Part shown: positions 32,673 to 43,075 of the stretch, piece by piece | Position numbering within the stretch: the first letter of the stretch is position 1 | How the letters are laid out: the number at the start of each line of letters is the position of its first letter | Origin: Nitrosopumilus sp. | GTDB taxonomy: Archaea > Thermoproteota > Nitrososphaeria > Nitrososphaerales > Nitrosopumilaceae | Length of the DNA: 64,000 nt | Reading direction: 5' to 3' | Assembly (NCBI GenBank): GCA_963667665.2 | Contig: OY763927.2 | Coordinates: forward strand, 768,001 to 832,000 | The notes under the pieces: model-generated | Seen by the model: the letters and a program-made list of their open reading frames with translations, nothing else | Database searches by the model: none | What the model was told of the DNA's origin: nothing | Translations under genes and position numbers: made by a program

Positions 32673-33953
32673 TCAAACCAAAGTGGAATTGCAAAATTGA
32701 AGAATCTGCTTGTGAGACTCGTCTGCAGCTAAACGACCCTTTTCATACTGAGAACGACGTGCCTCTAAACCGTATTCCAAATTATCTATTCTGTCATGCA
32801 AGTTTTGAATCACTTCATCTTTTTGCTCTAGTTTTTCAATGTCTTCTTGCTTTTCAGCAGCTTCCAGTCTAAGTCTTTCCTCATCAGATATTGTAAGAAA
32901 AGGAATTGCCTTTTGGTATTTGGGGAATCGCTCAAAATCTTCTTCTTGGTATCGCTCATATGCTTGCTCTAATCCTACCTTGTGACCCATCATGTCTTCT
33001 TTGTCCAGATAGTTTACCTTTGCACGCCTCATCATTGTATTGAAATATTTTCTGAATCCGTGATCTAGTTTTACCTCGTATCGTCTCTGGTTTTTCTTTA
33101 TTTCATCGCGTAATCCAATTTTTGTTACAATCTTGTCCACTCTGGAACGTACACCTTTTGATTGTAGACGTACTGGTACATCAAATCGAGTTGATGCAAT
33201 TAGTGGATCATCATTGGTTGGATACTTTAGGAATCTTGATTTCCATTCTTCTTTGTATAATGTTAATGCATAACATGCTTCAGGAGTTATGAATGTCCAG
33301 TACTCTTCTGGATCTCCTCTGTACACTCTTAGTGCAGCTCCTGTGTATTGTTGAGTTTTATCTTTGAAAAATATTACATCTTTCCAACAAAAATAATCCC
33401 ATGACTCTAATCGAAATCCAGCTGATGAGAACATTAGAATTATTACCTTGTCTGTAATGTCGGTACAACACTCAATCATCTTGTGAATTTCTTCTCTGGT
33501 GTATGCACGGTCTTCGCTTTTTGTTCTACGTGGTAACATCTTGTTGATTAGTTTCCAAGATACATCAACTTCATTTGCAGATAGTAATGCCTTGATTGGT
33601 TTTAGTCTGTTTGATACTGTGTTTGGAGAGATTTGATTAGAGTTTACTTCTTGTTTTACTTCTCTAACATATGATTTTAGAATAGATTTTGTTACAGTGA
33701 TATCTTTTCTTGCCAAGTCAATAAATAATTGAGACATTTCTTTTACATCCCTTGACTGGGGTTTTTCCCCCAAATATTGCTCAAAAATATAATCTGGAAC
33801 CATATTCAAGAATCGTGTCAGATTTCTGGTATATCCTCGTCGGGTCTCATCACTTCTGATTGATTCTACAAAGTTCGTATATGCGTCATTTTCTGTTATA
33901 TCCAATTCTATCTTCATGTATTTTCTTGTAGTACTTGGGTCTATTTCAGTCAC
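32673..33953 (-). CDS. Tyrosine recombinase/integrase
   Basis: GFR, HGFRK, MGH and Tyr catalytic set intact; tail probably continues in another frame to 32495. Confidence 0.92.
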   Translation of the reverse strand: MTEIDPSTTRKYMKIELDITENDAYTNFVESIRSDETRRGYTRNLTRFLNMVPDYIFEQYLGEKPQSRDVKEMSQLFIDLARKDITVTKSILKSYVREVKQEVNSNQISPNTVSNRLKPIKALLSANEVDVSWKLINKMLPRRTKSEDRAYTREEIHKMIECCTDITDKVIILMFSSAGFRLESWDYFCWKDVIFFKDKTQQYTGAALRVYRGDPEEYWTFITPEACYALTLYKEEWKSRFLKYPTNDDPLIASTRFDVPVRLQSKGVRSRVDKIVTKIGLRDEIKKNQRRYEVKLDHGFRKYFNTMMRRAKVNYLDKEDMMGHKVGLEQAYERYQEEDFERFPKYQKAIPFLTISDEERLRLEAAEKQEDIEKLEQKDEVIQNLHDRIDNLEYGLEARRSQYEKGRLAADESHKQILQFCNSTLV

Positions 33954-33962
33954 TAAAAGGGA

Positions 33963-34795
33963 ATGGGCCCACTAGGGTACCAAGCAAGCATCGGCTCAAC
34001 TGATGCAGGTAGTCCATTTTATTCCCCACTATGGAGAATACAGACTGCAACTTGGGATAACCCATCTATGGCAACTATGATAAAAGATACCAAGGGCATA
34101 ACCAAAGTTTCATCAAATGGTAGTTTAGAAACAGGTCTCGCAGGCTTTGTAGTTAATTGCCCATTTGTAGAAATGCCTGATGCCATGATGATGATGGATA
34201 ACATGATGATGGATAACATGATGGAAGATACCATGATGATGGATAACATGATGGAAGATACCATGATGATGGATAACATGATGGAAGATACCATGATGAT
34301 GGACGACATGATGATGGATAAAGACATGATGATGGACGACGACATGATGATGATGGACGATGACATGATGATGGATGATACCATGATGGACGATTCTATG
34401 ATGGATGACGACATGATGATGATGGATGACATGATGATGTCAGCAGATATGACAGGAAAACTAACTGCTCCAAAAGGTGAAATGCCATTTGGCGGTAAAA
34501 CAACTGGCTCATATTCCATCCAAGTAGATGGCAGTGGACACACCAACATAACCACACACATGAAAAGCATGTCACCAAACATGGTCCTTGAAGGCTGGTT
34601 AGTGGATACGGATACAGGTTACAAGCTAAGTCTTGGTAAATCCCATGACGATCGTAAATTAGCATTTGCACAAGCAGTGGTAAATCCTTGGATTTATGAC
34701 GCAATTGTAATGACTGAGGAACCAATTGGGGATACAGATCCTAGACCAACGTACCTGTAGGCGGAGTAAAACTAGATGTTCCATTTGGACACTAG
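33963..34795 (+). pseudogene. 5'-truncated paralogue of 4326..5726 with Met/Asp-rich linker and extra C-terminal domain
   Basis: GPLGYQ..YSPLWR..W...VVNCPF; frameshift near 34748. Confidence 0.75.
34183..34440. repeat. Degenerate atg/gat-rich coding tandem repeat including ~3 copies of a 30-bp unit
   Basis: atggaagataccatgatgatggataacatg. Confidence 0.9.
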
Positions 34796-34889
34796 TCCAT
34801 TTTTTATTTTTTTAAAATCTATGCTTTAGTACTGTACTACACTACACATCCAAGCCTGTACCTATACATCATTTCCAATTTTGGCAGGA

Positions 34890-34913
34890 TTATCTTATAA
34901 GATAAAGTAGGAT
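34890..34913. promoter_or_regulatory. 16-bp perfect palindrome ttatcttataagataa overlapping gataaagtaggat (candidate operator)
   Basis: Just upstream of an RHH gene; the 13-mer recurs at 35155-35167. Confidence 0.55.
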
Positions 34914-34922
34914 TACATCTTT

Positions 34923-35066
34923 ATAGACAAGCAAAAAATCAGTGTTACAGTATCCCCTGACCTTCTAAAATGGCTTGACTCTAAGATAAATAAAAAGATA
35001 TTTTCCAGCAGATCACATGGAATGGATTACTGTATCAATTTTACAAAAAACAAGACCAAAAAATAA
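34923..35066 (+). CDS. Ribbon-helix-helix (CopG-like) regulator, ATA start
   Basis: KQKISVTVSPDLLKWLD...FSSRSH pattern. Confidence 0.7.
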   Translation: MDKQKISVTVSPDLLKWLDSKINKKIFSSRSHGMDYCINFTKNKTKK

Positions 35067-35215
35067 TTATTAACTAATTGATTTTGTTTTAATCAATACA
35101 ATCTAATTGCATTCAATATAATTTTCACAATTCTATAATGTTATTCTATCACATGATAAAGTAGGATAAAGTAATAGAGAATATATAGTTGAATATTATC
35201 GTGTTTAATAATAAC

Positions 35216-35683
35216 ATGAAAAATGTAAAAACACTTGTATTTGCAATGCTCATTCTTAGCATAGTTATTCCAATAACTGGCTATAGTTTGGCAGAAGCAG
35301 ACGCAACAAACGAAGTGCTTGAAAACATACGAGAATTAAAAGAACAAGCCAAAGAACAAGCTAATAGTCTGACAGCTCCAGAAGATATTGATGTGAATCA
35401 AAAATATTTGGAGCGATTGACACTTGCAGAGGAATTAATCACCTTGCAAATCAATGACGAAGGCGATAGTGAAAAAGCAAGAGAACTGGAACAGAAACTA
35501 ATTTCTGAATTGGAAAAACTCCCAAAAACAGAAATGCGTTATGATGACGTTCCTGCTGAAATTGGTCCAGGAGATACAAATGATGTTGAAGAATATGATA
35601 GAATTTATGGGCCTAAAGCTCATGCTACATCAACTAATTATGATACTTCAAATGTATTGAGAACTGACTGTAGTTCATCATCA
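35216..35683 (+). pseudogene. Secreted protein (MKNVKTLVFA...IP family) interrupted by IS630
   Basis: ORF runs into the IS terminal repeat. Confidence 0.7.
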
Positions 35684-37212
35684 TATAGCAATGCGCATAA
35701 GTTTCTGTACATGATATTTTAGGACCATCATAGGCATAATGCCTCTTGTCTGGGGAATACACCAAAAGCACAAAACAAAATGCATGGAAAATTAAAATTC
35801 AGATTCATGTATGGCTATACATATCACATTGGAAAAAAATGCAGGCACCAACATGATACATACAGAAGATCAAACTATTCGTACAATCATTGTTTTTGTG
35901 CAGGTTTAGACGATACCTGGTGTGATACAATGTCGGGATTTGGCGGATCATCCATCTTTATGAATGGCCGCATGATTCCTTTGGGCGGTTTTCTCTTCCA
36001 GAATTTCTTAAAATTATAATCAAACTTGTGTACCCTGATAAATTCATACACTGCTGCCAGATGTGCATCCTTGTCTGCATAACGTATGGAATGATTCATT
36101 ACACGTTTGAGTACGCTCCATACTTCCTCTACGGGATTCAGATATGGATGTCCGATAGGATACCACAGGACAATAATGTCGCGCTCTGCAAAGAATCTTT
36201 TCGTCTCCTTGGATATATGCCACGGTGCCTTGTCTAGTATCAGGACCATCTTGCCTACCTCCATGTACACCTTGTCCATATGTTCTAGAAAGGAAGCGGT
36301 ATTGACAGTCTGACAGTGATTAAAAAACTGTCTGCCGTCTTGTGTCATGCTGCATATCATTGAGAATCTATGAAATCCTCCGCTCCATAACATGAATATG
36401 CGTAGGCACAGTTTTGCCCAATATTTTGCAGACATTGCAGCGTCCTTAAAGTGTGATTCATCTTGTGTTACAATTGTATATCGCATCTTTGTGTATCTTG
36501 CAATCTTTTGATACAGGCTGGCTCTCCATTTGTTCACCTCTTCTATTGGTGTTCTACTAACCATGATTGGCTGTGTCTTTTTTCTAGAGTATCCCCACTG
36601 TCTGGCATATCGCCTTATCTGCGAGATGCCAAGGTTTTTTCCAGACATCTCTTCTAGTGTCGTGCAGTTCTACGGGTGTAAATGCGCGTTTCTCGCACCA
36701 ATGCCTTGCTTTGTTTAGAATTTTTCTGTCTATCTTGGGTGGACGTCCTGACCGTGGTTTGTCTGAGAGGGCCTGCCATATTCCATGAAATGATTTTGCA
36801 GCACATGCAAACCTGCAATGTTACATGGCAACAGTACGACGATCACAACAAGATATTTTGGCAGTATTGACAAATGTTTTGATTACCATAAATGCCAACA
36901 GCATGGATAACCGACGTGATATACAGCCTACATGTTCTACTTTTTGCACTTGTTTTAGCATTTTATGTCCATGCATGTGTACATTTAGTGAAACAAATTT
37001 TTGACTTTTCCTATTTAGTAACAGTACGGTTAAATTGACGTTCGTGTGAAATGCCAAGATAGTTCTAGTTTACAAATTTGTGTGAAAAAAATACGTTGAA
37101 GGTATACAGATGCTGTTCGGAATGCAGGAGACGATGATTTACAAAGATGTGATGATCAAGGGACGACGATGCCCAGAAATTGGCTGTACAGAAACTTATG
37201 CGCATTGCTATA
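35684..37212 (-). mobile_element. IS630-family element, copy 1 (1529 bp including flanking TA)
   Basis: 28-bp TIR tatagcaatgcgcataagtttctgtaca; DES, LDKAPWH and LNPVEEVW motifs. Confidence 0.95.
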
Positions 37213-37386
37213 GGCCATAGGGCATTTATTGCAGGCAAGCATGGTGCTGTAATTCACATGATAGATCATAAAACAGGCCAAATAGTGAAAAAGGCTTTTG
37301 CCAAAGGTGCTGTTGTAAATGTAATTGGTGGTGTAGTTAGTTTTCTTGAACATCAAGTGTTAGGTGGACTGTTGAGCGAATTATAA
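37213..37386 (+). pseudogene. Small paralogue 1 (5' end cut by IS)
   Basis: FIAGKHGA...D.KTG..V.KAF.KG. Confidence 0.7.
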
Positions 37387-37622
37387 TGCCTCTAGTTCCT
37401 GGAAGAATAACATCAGTTGATTCAAACTGGTTAGATGTTGGTCATCCTGGCAGTCCTGTATTTATTGCAAAAAACCATGGTGCAAGGGCATCCATAATAG
37501 ATGAAAGAACTGGTGAGAGAGTAGTCAAGGCTTTCAAAAAAGGTGGTGTACTAGGGGCAATAGGAGGAGTGGTCAGGTTTGCAGAAAATGATATCGTTAA
37601 GGCACTGGAGAATTTACTATAA
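37386..37622 (+). CDS. Small paralogue 2
   Basis: FIAKNHGA...DERTG..VKAFKKGG; TAATG coupling. Confidence 0.75.
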   Translation: MPLVPGRITSVDSNWLDVGHPGSPVFIAKNHGARASIIDERTGERVVKAFKKGGVLGAIGGVVRFAENDIVKALENLL

Positions 37623-37921
37623 TGGCCACATCAATTAATGGTAATGTAGTGTACAAAAGTCCAGGGGAGTGGATAACTAATGGTCATGTACATACAGTTA
37701 CCAGACATGGTGCAGTAATGAAGGCAGTAGATAAAAACACAGGCAAAGTCCATACACATAATTTTAACTCTGGCGGTTCCTTTGTACAGCTGCAAGATAT
37801 AATATCGTTTTTCAAAAAAGATGTGGTTCCAGAAGTAGAAACTCTTGCAGAAGATATTGTACCAGTTGTAGAGGAGGCATTACCAGTAATAGAAGAATTG
37901 GCTCCACTAATTGCGTTATAG
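37622..37921 (+). CDS. Small paralogue 3 with acidic amphipathic tail
   Basis: RHGA...DKNTG..H.F.SGG; TAATG coupling. Confidence 0.75.
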   Translation: MATSINGNVVYKSPGEWITNGHVHTVTRHGAVMKAVDKNTGKVHTHNFNSGGSFVQLQDIISFFKKDVVPEVETLAEDIVPVVEEALPVIEELAPLIAL

Positions 37922-38047
37922 TCTAGTTTTCTTTTTCTAATTATAATAACTGATATTTCTTTTTCTATATTTCCAAACTACAATTGACGTTATAATTATT
38001 ACAGATATAATTAGGATTAAAAGTGGTACTACCACATATGCAGAATC

Positions 38048-38620
38048 TCACCAAATTTCACATTTTTGTGTTTCTTGACTAAATTTATGAGTTGTAATTG
38101 GGCAATCTAATCCAAACTGAGGAGAAGTAATTTCTTTATCTGATTCATAAGATTCAGGATTTTTTGAAATGCATTTAAAAATTTCCGAACCCTTCTGACA
38201 TACAGGTGGATTAAACTCTGGACTAATCTTAAAGGATTCATCAAATGTGGAAATAGAGTCACCTTTTTGATAATCAAAGGATATCTGTACTTTTATTCCA
38301 GGAGGTAACGAATCTCTTGTACTTATTGATGGGTAAATTAACAAAGTATCTTTGATGGCATAATCATCATACAAATCCCAATTATTTACAAATTCTTTGG
38401 CCGTGTGTATGGTATAGTTAAGCCAGTTTAGATCGTATCCTAATTTGTCAATATCATTTTCATTCAAATTCAAATCAATTACGGCCCTACAGAAAAAAAT
38501 ATCTGGATTAATTTCTGATAATTTTTCTTCATATCCATTAAAATCAGCATAACATGAGTCAATCCATTGATTTGATTTGTTTCCTTGAAGTACAAATAAC
38601 ATTAAAAATAATTCAAACAT
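38048..38620 (-). CDS. Hypothetical protein, Cys-containing, N-terminal hydrophobic stretch
   Basis: ORF. Confidence 0.55.
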   Translation of the reverse strand: MFELFLMLFVLQGNKSNQWIDSCYADFNGYEEKLSEINPDIFFCRAVIDLNLNENDIDKLGYDLNWLNYTIHTAKEFVNNWDLYDDYAIKDTLLIYPSISTRDSLPPGIKVQISFDYQKGDSISTFDESFKISPEFNPPVCQKGSEIFKCISKNPESYESDKEITSPQFGLDCPITTHKFSQETQKCEIW

Positions 38621-38629
38621 AAAAAAAAA

Positions 38630-38908
38630 TTATGGAATAATTTCAGGACGTTTAATCACTGCACTCCAATGATTTGTTTTTGATTCTTCCTCCATTTGTT
38701 TAATTAAATTTTGAATTGCTTTTACAGTTTCATTTTCTTCATCAAGTTTGAATTCTCCTTTTATTCTTGTCTTAAATCTGACTTTTCCATCAGGTCCTTT
38801 TTGAAGAACTAAATTTAAGTTAGCAATTCCACCAGGTATTTTTTGATTTGTTTCAGAAGCACTTTTTCTCATGTTTTTTGTTCTGAGCCATTCAATAAGA
38901 TTCATCAT
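38630..38908 (-). CDS. Hypothetical protein
   Basis: ORF. Confidence 0.5.
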   Translation of the reverse strand: MMNLIEWLRTKNMRKSASETNQKIPGGIANLNLVLQKGPDGKVRFKTRIKGEFKLDEENETVKAIQNLIKQMEEESKTNHWSAVIKRPEIIP

Positions 38909-38985
38909 TATTTCACTACTAATTTCATATTTAAATTCATAAGAAAAAAAAGATTAGGATATGGAATATAGTACCATATCATAAC

Positions 38986-39777
38986 TTACTTTACCATTTT
39001 GTTCGGAAAACCACCAGGAACTGATGTGAAACCTTTAGTTTTCCATGAAGTTGAGGCATCATTGATAATTACATTGTTTTGATAAACAATTGTATCACCA
39101 CCTGCATCTGTTGTTTCATAGTCTACTTCAAATGTGGCACCCGTTGCACCCCCATGAGCCAAATAATCCACAAATGGATAAATGGTTTGAGAGTAATCAT
39201 CCAGTACTACTGTATCACTACCACCTAATGTTTTAGAGTAGGATATATGATCACTACTTCCAAACACAGTATGTTTCCATAGTCCCCAATGTGTATAGTA
39301 CACATAACCACCAACAAAATCTACGTGTTTACCACTGCAAGAACAGGCATATGTAATTCCTGTATCAGGATTATACATAACACTTGTTGTAGATACTGTT
39401 TCGGTAACTTCAGAAGGATTTGTATCCCAAATAGGAATACCTGTTTCAATAGTATTTTCTAATTGGTCAAAAGTCATGTATCCTCTTGCATTAAGTTTGC
39501 CTAAATCAAGTGCTCTATCTATTTCTGCATTGTTTTTAGATTCTCTTGTTGCTTCAGATTTATCATTCTTCTGTTTGAGTTCTTTTACTTTGGTGTCTTT
39601 TTCATGATATTCCTTTGCTAAGTCATAATCATTGCTAAATATTGCTTGGAGTTGCTCCTTACTTTTTTCAGAACTTGCTCCAAAAGCTTCGGTATTCATT
39701 CCACTAAATGGAAGAATCATTGCAACAATTAATCCAACAAACAATATTGTCTGTGTCTTTTTTGATATATTTTTCAT
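38986..39777 (-). CDS. Secreted protein (KTILF..LIVAMILPFS family)
   Basis: Signal peptide, helical region and beta-rich C-terminal domain. Confidence 0.75.
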   Translation of the reverse strand: MKNISKKTQTILFVGLIVAMILPFSGMNTEAFGASSEKSKEQLQAIFSNDYDLAKEYHEKDTKVKELKQKNDKSEATRESKNNAEIDRALDLGKLNARGYMTFDQLENTIETGIPIWDTNPSEVTETVSTTSVMYNPDTGITYACSCSGKHVDFVGGYVYYTHWGLWKHTVFGSSDHISYSKTLGGSDTVVLDDYSQTIYPFVDYLAHGGATGATFEVDYETTDAGGDTIVYQNNVIINDASTSWKTKGFTSVPGGFPNKMVK

Positions 39778-39805
39778 GTTATTATTAAACACAATAATAT
39801 TCCAC

Positions 39806-41334
39806 TATAGCAATGCGCATAAGTTTCTGTACAGCCAATTTCTGGGCATCGTCGTCCCTTGATCATCACATCTTTGTAAATCATCGTCTCCTGCATTCCG
39901 AACAGCATCTGTATACCTTCAACGTATTTTTTTCACACAAATTTGTAAACTAGAACTATCTTGGCATTTCACACGAACGTCAATTTAACCGTACTGTTAC
40001 TAAATAGGAAAAGTCAAAAATTTGTTTCACTAAATGTACACATGCATGGACATAAAATGCTAAAACAAGTGCAAAAAGTAGAACATGTAGGCTGTATATC
40101 ACGTCGGTTATCCATGCTGTTGGCATTTATGGTAATCAAAACATTTGTCAATACTGCCAAAATATCTTGTTGTGATCGTCGTACTGTTGCCATGTAACAT
40201 TACAGGTTTGCATGTGCTGCAAAATCATTTCATGGAATATGGCAGGCCCTCTCAGACAAACCACGGTCAGGACGTCCACCCAAGATAGACAGAAAAATTC
40301 TAAACAAAGCAAGGCATTGGTGCGAGGAACGCGCATTTACACCCGTAGAACTGCACGACACTAGAAGAGATGTCTGGAAAAAACCTTGGCATCTCGCAGA
40401 TAAGGCGATATGCCAGACAGTGGGGATACTCTAGAAAAAAGACACAGCCAATCATGGTTAGTAGAACACCAATAGAAGAGGTGAACAAATGGAGGGCCAG
40501 CCTGTATCAAAAGATTGCAAGATACACAAAGATGCGATATACAATTGTAACACAAGATGAATCACACTTTAAGGACGCTGCAATGTCTGCAAAATATTGG
40601 GCAAAACTGTGCCTACGCATATTCATGTTATGGAGCGGAGGATTTCATAGATTCTCAATGATATGCAGCATGACACAAGACGGCAGACAGTTTTTTAATC
40701 ACTGTCAGACTGTCAATACCGCTTCCTTTCTAGAACATATGGACAAGGTGTACATGGAGGTAGGCAAGATGGTCCTGATACTAGACAAGGCACCGTGGCA
40801 TATATCCCAGGAGACGAAAAGATTCTTTGCAGAGCGCGACATTATTGTCCTGTGGTATCCTATCGGACATCCATATCTGAATCCCGTAGAGGAAGTATGG
40901 AGCGTACTCAAACGTGTAATGAATCATTCCATACGTTATGCAGACAAGGATGCACATCTGGCAGCAGTGTATGAATTTATCAGGGTACACAAGTTTGATT
41001 ATAATTTTAAGAAATTCTGGAAGAGAAAACCGCCCAAAGGAATCATGCGGCCATTCATAAAGATGGATGATCCGCCAAATCCCGACATTGTATCACACCA
41101 GGTATCGTCTAAACCTGCACAAAAACAATGATTGTACGAATAGTTTGATCTTCTGTATGTATCATGTTGGTGCCTGCATTTTTTTCCAATGTGATATGTA
41201 TAGCCATACATGAATCTGAATTTTAATTTTCCATGCATTTTGTTTTGTGCTTTTGGTGTATTCCCCAGACAAGAGGCATTATGCCTATGATGGTCCTAAA
41301 ATATCATGTACAGAAACTTATGCGCATTGCTATA
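39806..41334 (+). mobile_element. IS630-family element, copy 2 (inverted, near-identical to copy 1)
   Basis: Same TIRs and length; only a few substitutions. Confidence 0.95.
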
Positions 41335-41432
41335 TATCAAAAAAATTATGTGCATCAGCTTGTAAAATTATGCGCAAAAAACTTGTTTGAGGGTACATTT
41401 TCAACTTCTGACATGTATAGGACGAGTTTTAG

Positions 41433-42956
41433 CTACTCTACATCATCTAATGAGGGTATTTCTGCCGTAAGGGATTCGGACTCTATATAATATCCGGATC
41501 CGAATATGTACCCGTCATGCAATACAAACAGCGACCATTTTATCTGCTCTGTTCCGGTTGTAGGATTTTCAAACGTGTATTTTACCCACGTATGGCCTTC
41601 AAGAAGATCCGAACGGATTACATCAAACGGCCTATCCAGTTCTACAATGGATGTGCTTAAAACATTTACAAGTTCGGGATTTGATCCATGGGCCACAATA
41701 ACACCGGTGTCATAATCAAGAACAAACGGGTATGACGGGTCAGTAGCCATCATTGAGGTAATCTGTTCAAAGGCATTATCAGGATCAGAGTCGTAAAGTG
41801 CAATGATGCCATCTACAACGCCCATTACAATAGATTCCGGTGTGAGATCAACATCTGTTGGCGTTGATATCATATCATACCAGCCTGTGATCTTTTCCTG
41901 TGGAATCTGATCCAATGTCTTTTGCATAATGGAGCCCAGGATTGGAAGATCGTTTCTGTATCCTACGGTAAGATCGTACTGGTGCCCCGTAGAGCCGGCA
42001 TTGTATATGCTCTCAACTCCAGATAGTTTTGAGTAATGGACTACGCTAGGCCACGTGCTTGCAAATGCGTTAGCACCGCCTGCCTGAAGAACCTCAAAGA
42101 CCTCTGACTGGCTGTCCACTGAGACGTACTGCGTGTCAGGATGGTTCTCATCAAGCCAGGACTCTATGGCATAGCCTCTGATTGTAACCAGTACAAGACC
42201 GTCATCATCAATATTTAACGGAGCATCATTCAGAGATGCCATGTATGTCTTCAGGGAATAATGTGAGGATGTAAAGCTCATGTATTCCAGCCTTTCAGGT
42301 GCAGAGGCCACTATGAACATGATGTCAGATTCTCTGTCCTTGATTGTCTTTAACGTCTCAGCCCAGGTCTCCACTATTGGACCCTGTACCAGATCTGCAC
42401 CTGAGATGGCCTCAAACTCTGCAATGTAGTCCAGTGTGACGCCCTGAAGGACGCCTGAGCCATCAAGATACTCTATTGGTACCAGCCCAGGGTCATAAGA
42501 GACACGTATGGCGGGATTGTTTTCCAGCCATTCGATCTCTTCAGATGAGAATATGTCTGCTGGCAAGAAGAATGCAGGTGCAAGTTCTATACCTCTGCTC
42601 TGCATAACATCGTATGTCTCAGCATAGAGACAGACAGGCGTTTGGGATTGGCGGATATAGAGTTCTCGTGGTTCGTTGCATTGGATATCGTTTATTGCTG
42701 TGCCGCTTTCAAGCTGTTTTGCAGGTGGCAGATAAACCTTAGATTTCATGTGTTGGTCTGATTGGGCATGTGCGGCATTTACAAGATTTAAAGCAAGATA
42801 GCCATCAGTATCTTCTGTCAAATACGCGTCTGAGACAGACGATCCCATGCTAGGAAATATGATTGCCGCACTGAGAACAAGCAGGCTACCAAGAGTAAGA
42901 AAGGAACCGTGTTTAATCATGCAACATCTCCGTTTGAGCATATGGGTAAAGATCAT
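41433..42956 (-). CDS. Secreted family-3 solute-binding protein fused to a single Cache domain
   Basis: EEIEWL..NP.IRV, ERLEYM.FT; YPFVLD...AHG, WVKY.F.NP.TG, FGSGYY. Confidence 0.8.
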   Translation of the reverse strand: MIFTHMLKRRCCMIKHGSFLTLGSLLVLSAAIIFPSMGSSVSDAYLTEDTDGYLALNLVNAAHAQSDQHMKSKVYLPPAKQLESGTAINDIQCNEPRELYIRQSQTPVCLYAETYDVMQSRGIELAPAFFLPADIFSSEEIEWLENNPAIRVSYDPGLVPIEYLDGSGVLQGVTLDYIAEFEAISGADLVQGPIVETWAETLKTIKDRESDIMFIVASAPERLEYMSFTSSHYSLKTYMASLNDAPLNIDDDGLVLVTIRGYAIESWLDENHPDTQYVSVDSQSEVFEVLQAGGANAFASTWPSVVHYSKLSGVESIYNAGSTGHQYDLTVGYRNDLPILGSIMQKTLDQIPQEKITGWYDMISTPTDVDLTPESIVMGVVDGIIALYDSDPDNAFEQITSMMATDPSYPFVLDYDTGVIVAHGSNPELVNVLSTSIVELDRPFDVIRSDLLEGHTWVKYTFENPTTGTEQIKWSLFVLHDGYIFGSGYYIESESLTAEIPSLDDVE

Positions 42957-43075
42957 AATGACGTATCTGTACGCTACTAAAAAATGCCATTATTCAGTGT
43001 TAAATATTCATGTATATTAAGATTTTTAAAATGTCAATAGATTGTGGTATATGAAAAGTAGTTCCCCCTCCCACC

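Noticed and set aside
37156-37212. YSNAHKFLY / VQKLMRIA peptide shared by several ORFs as a protein motif
   Set aside because: It is the translation of the IS630 terminal inverted repeat.
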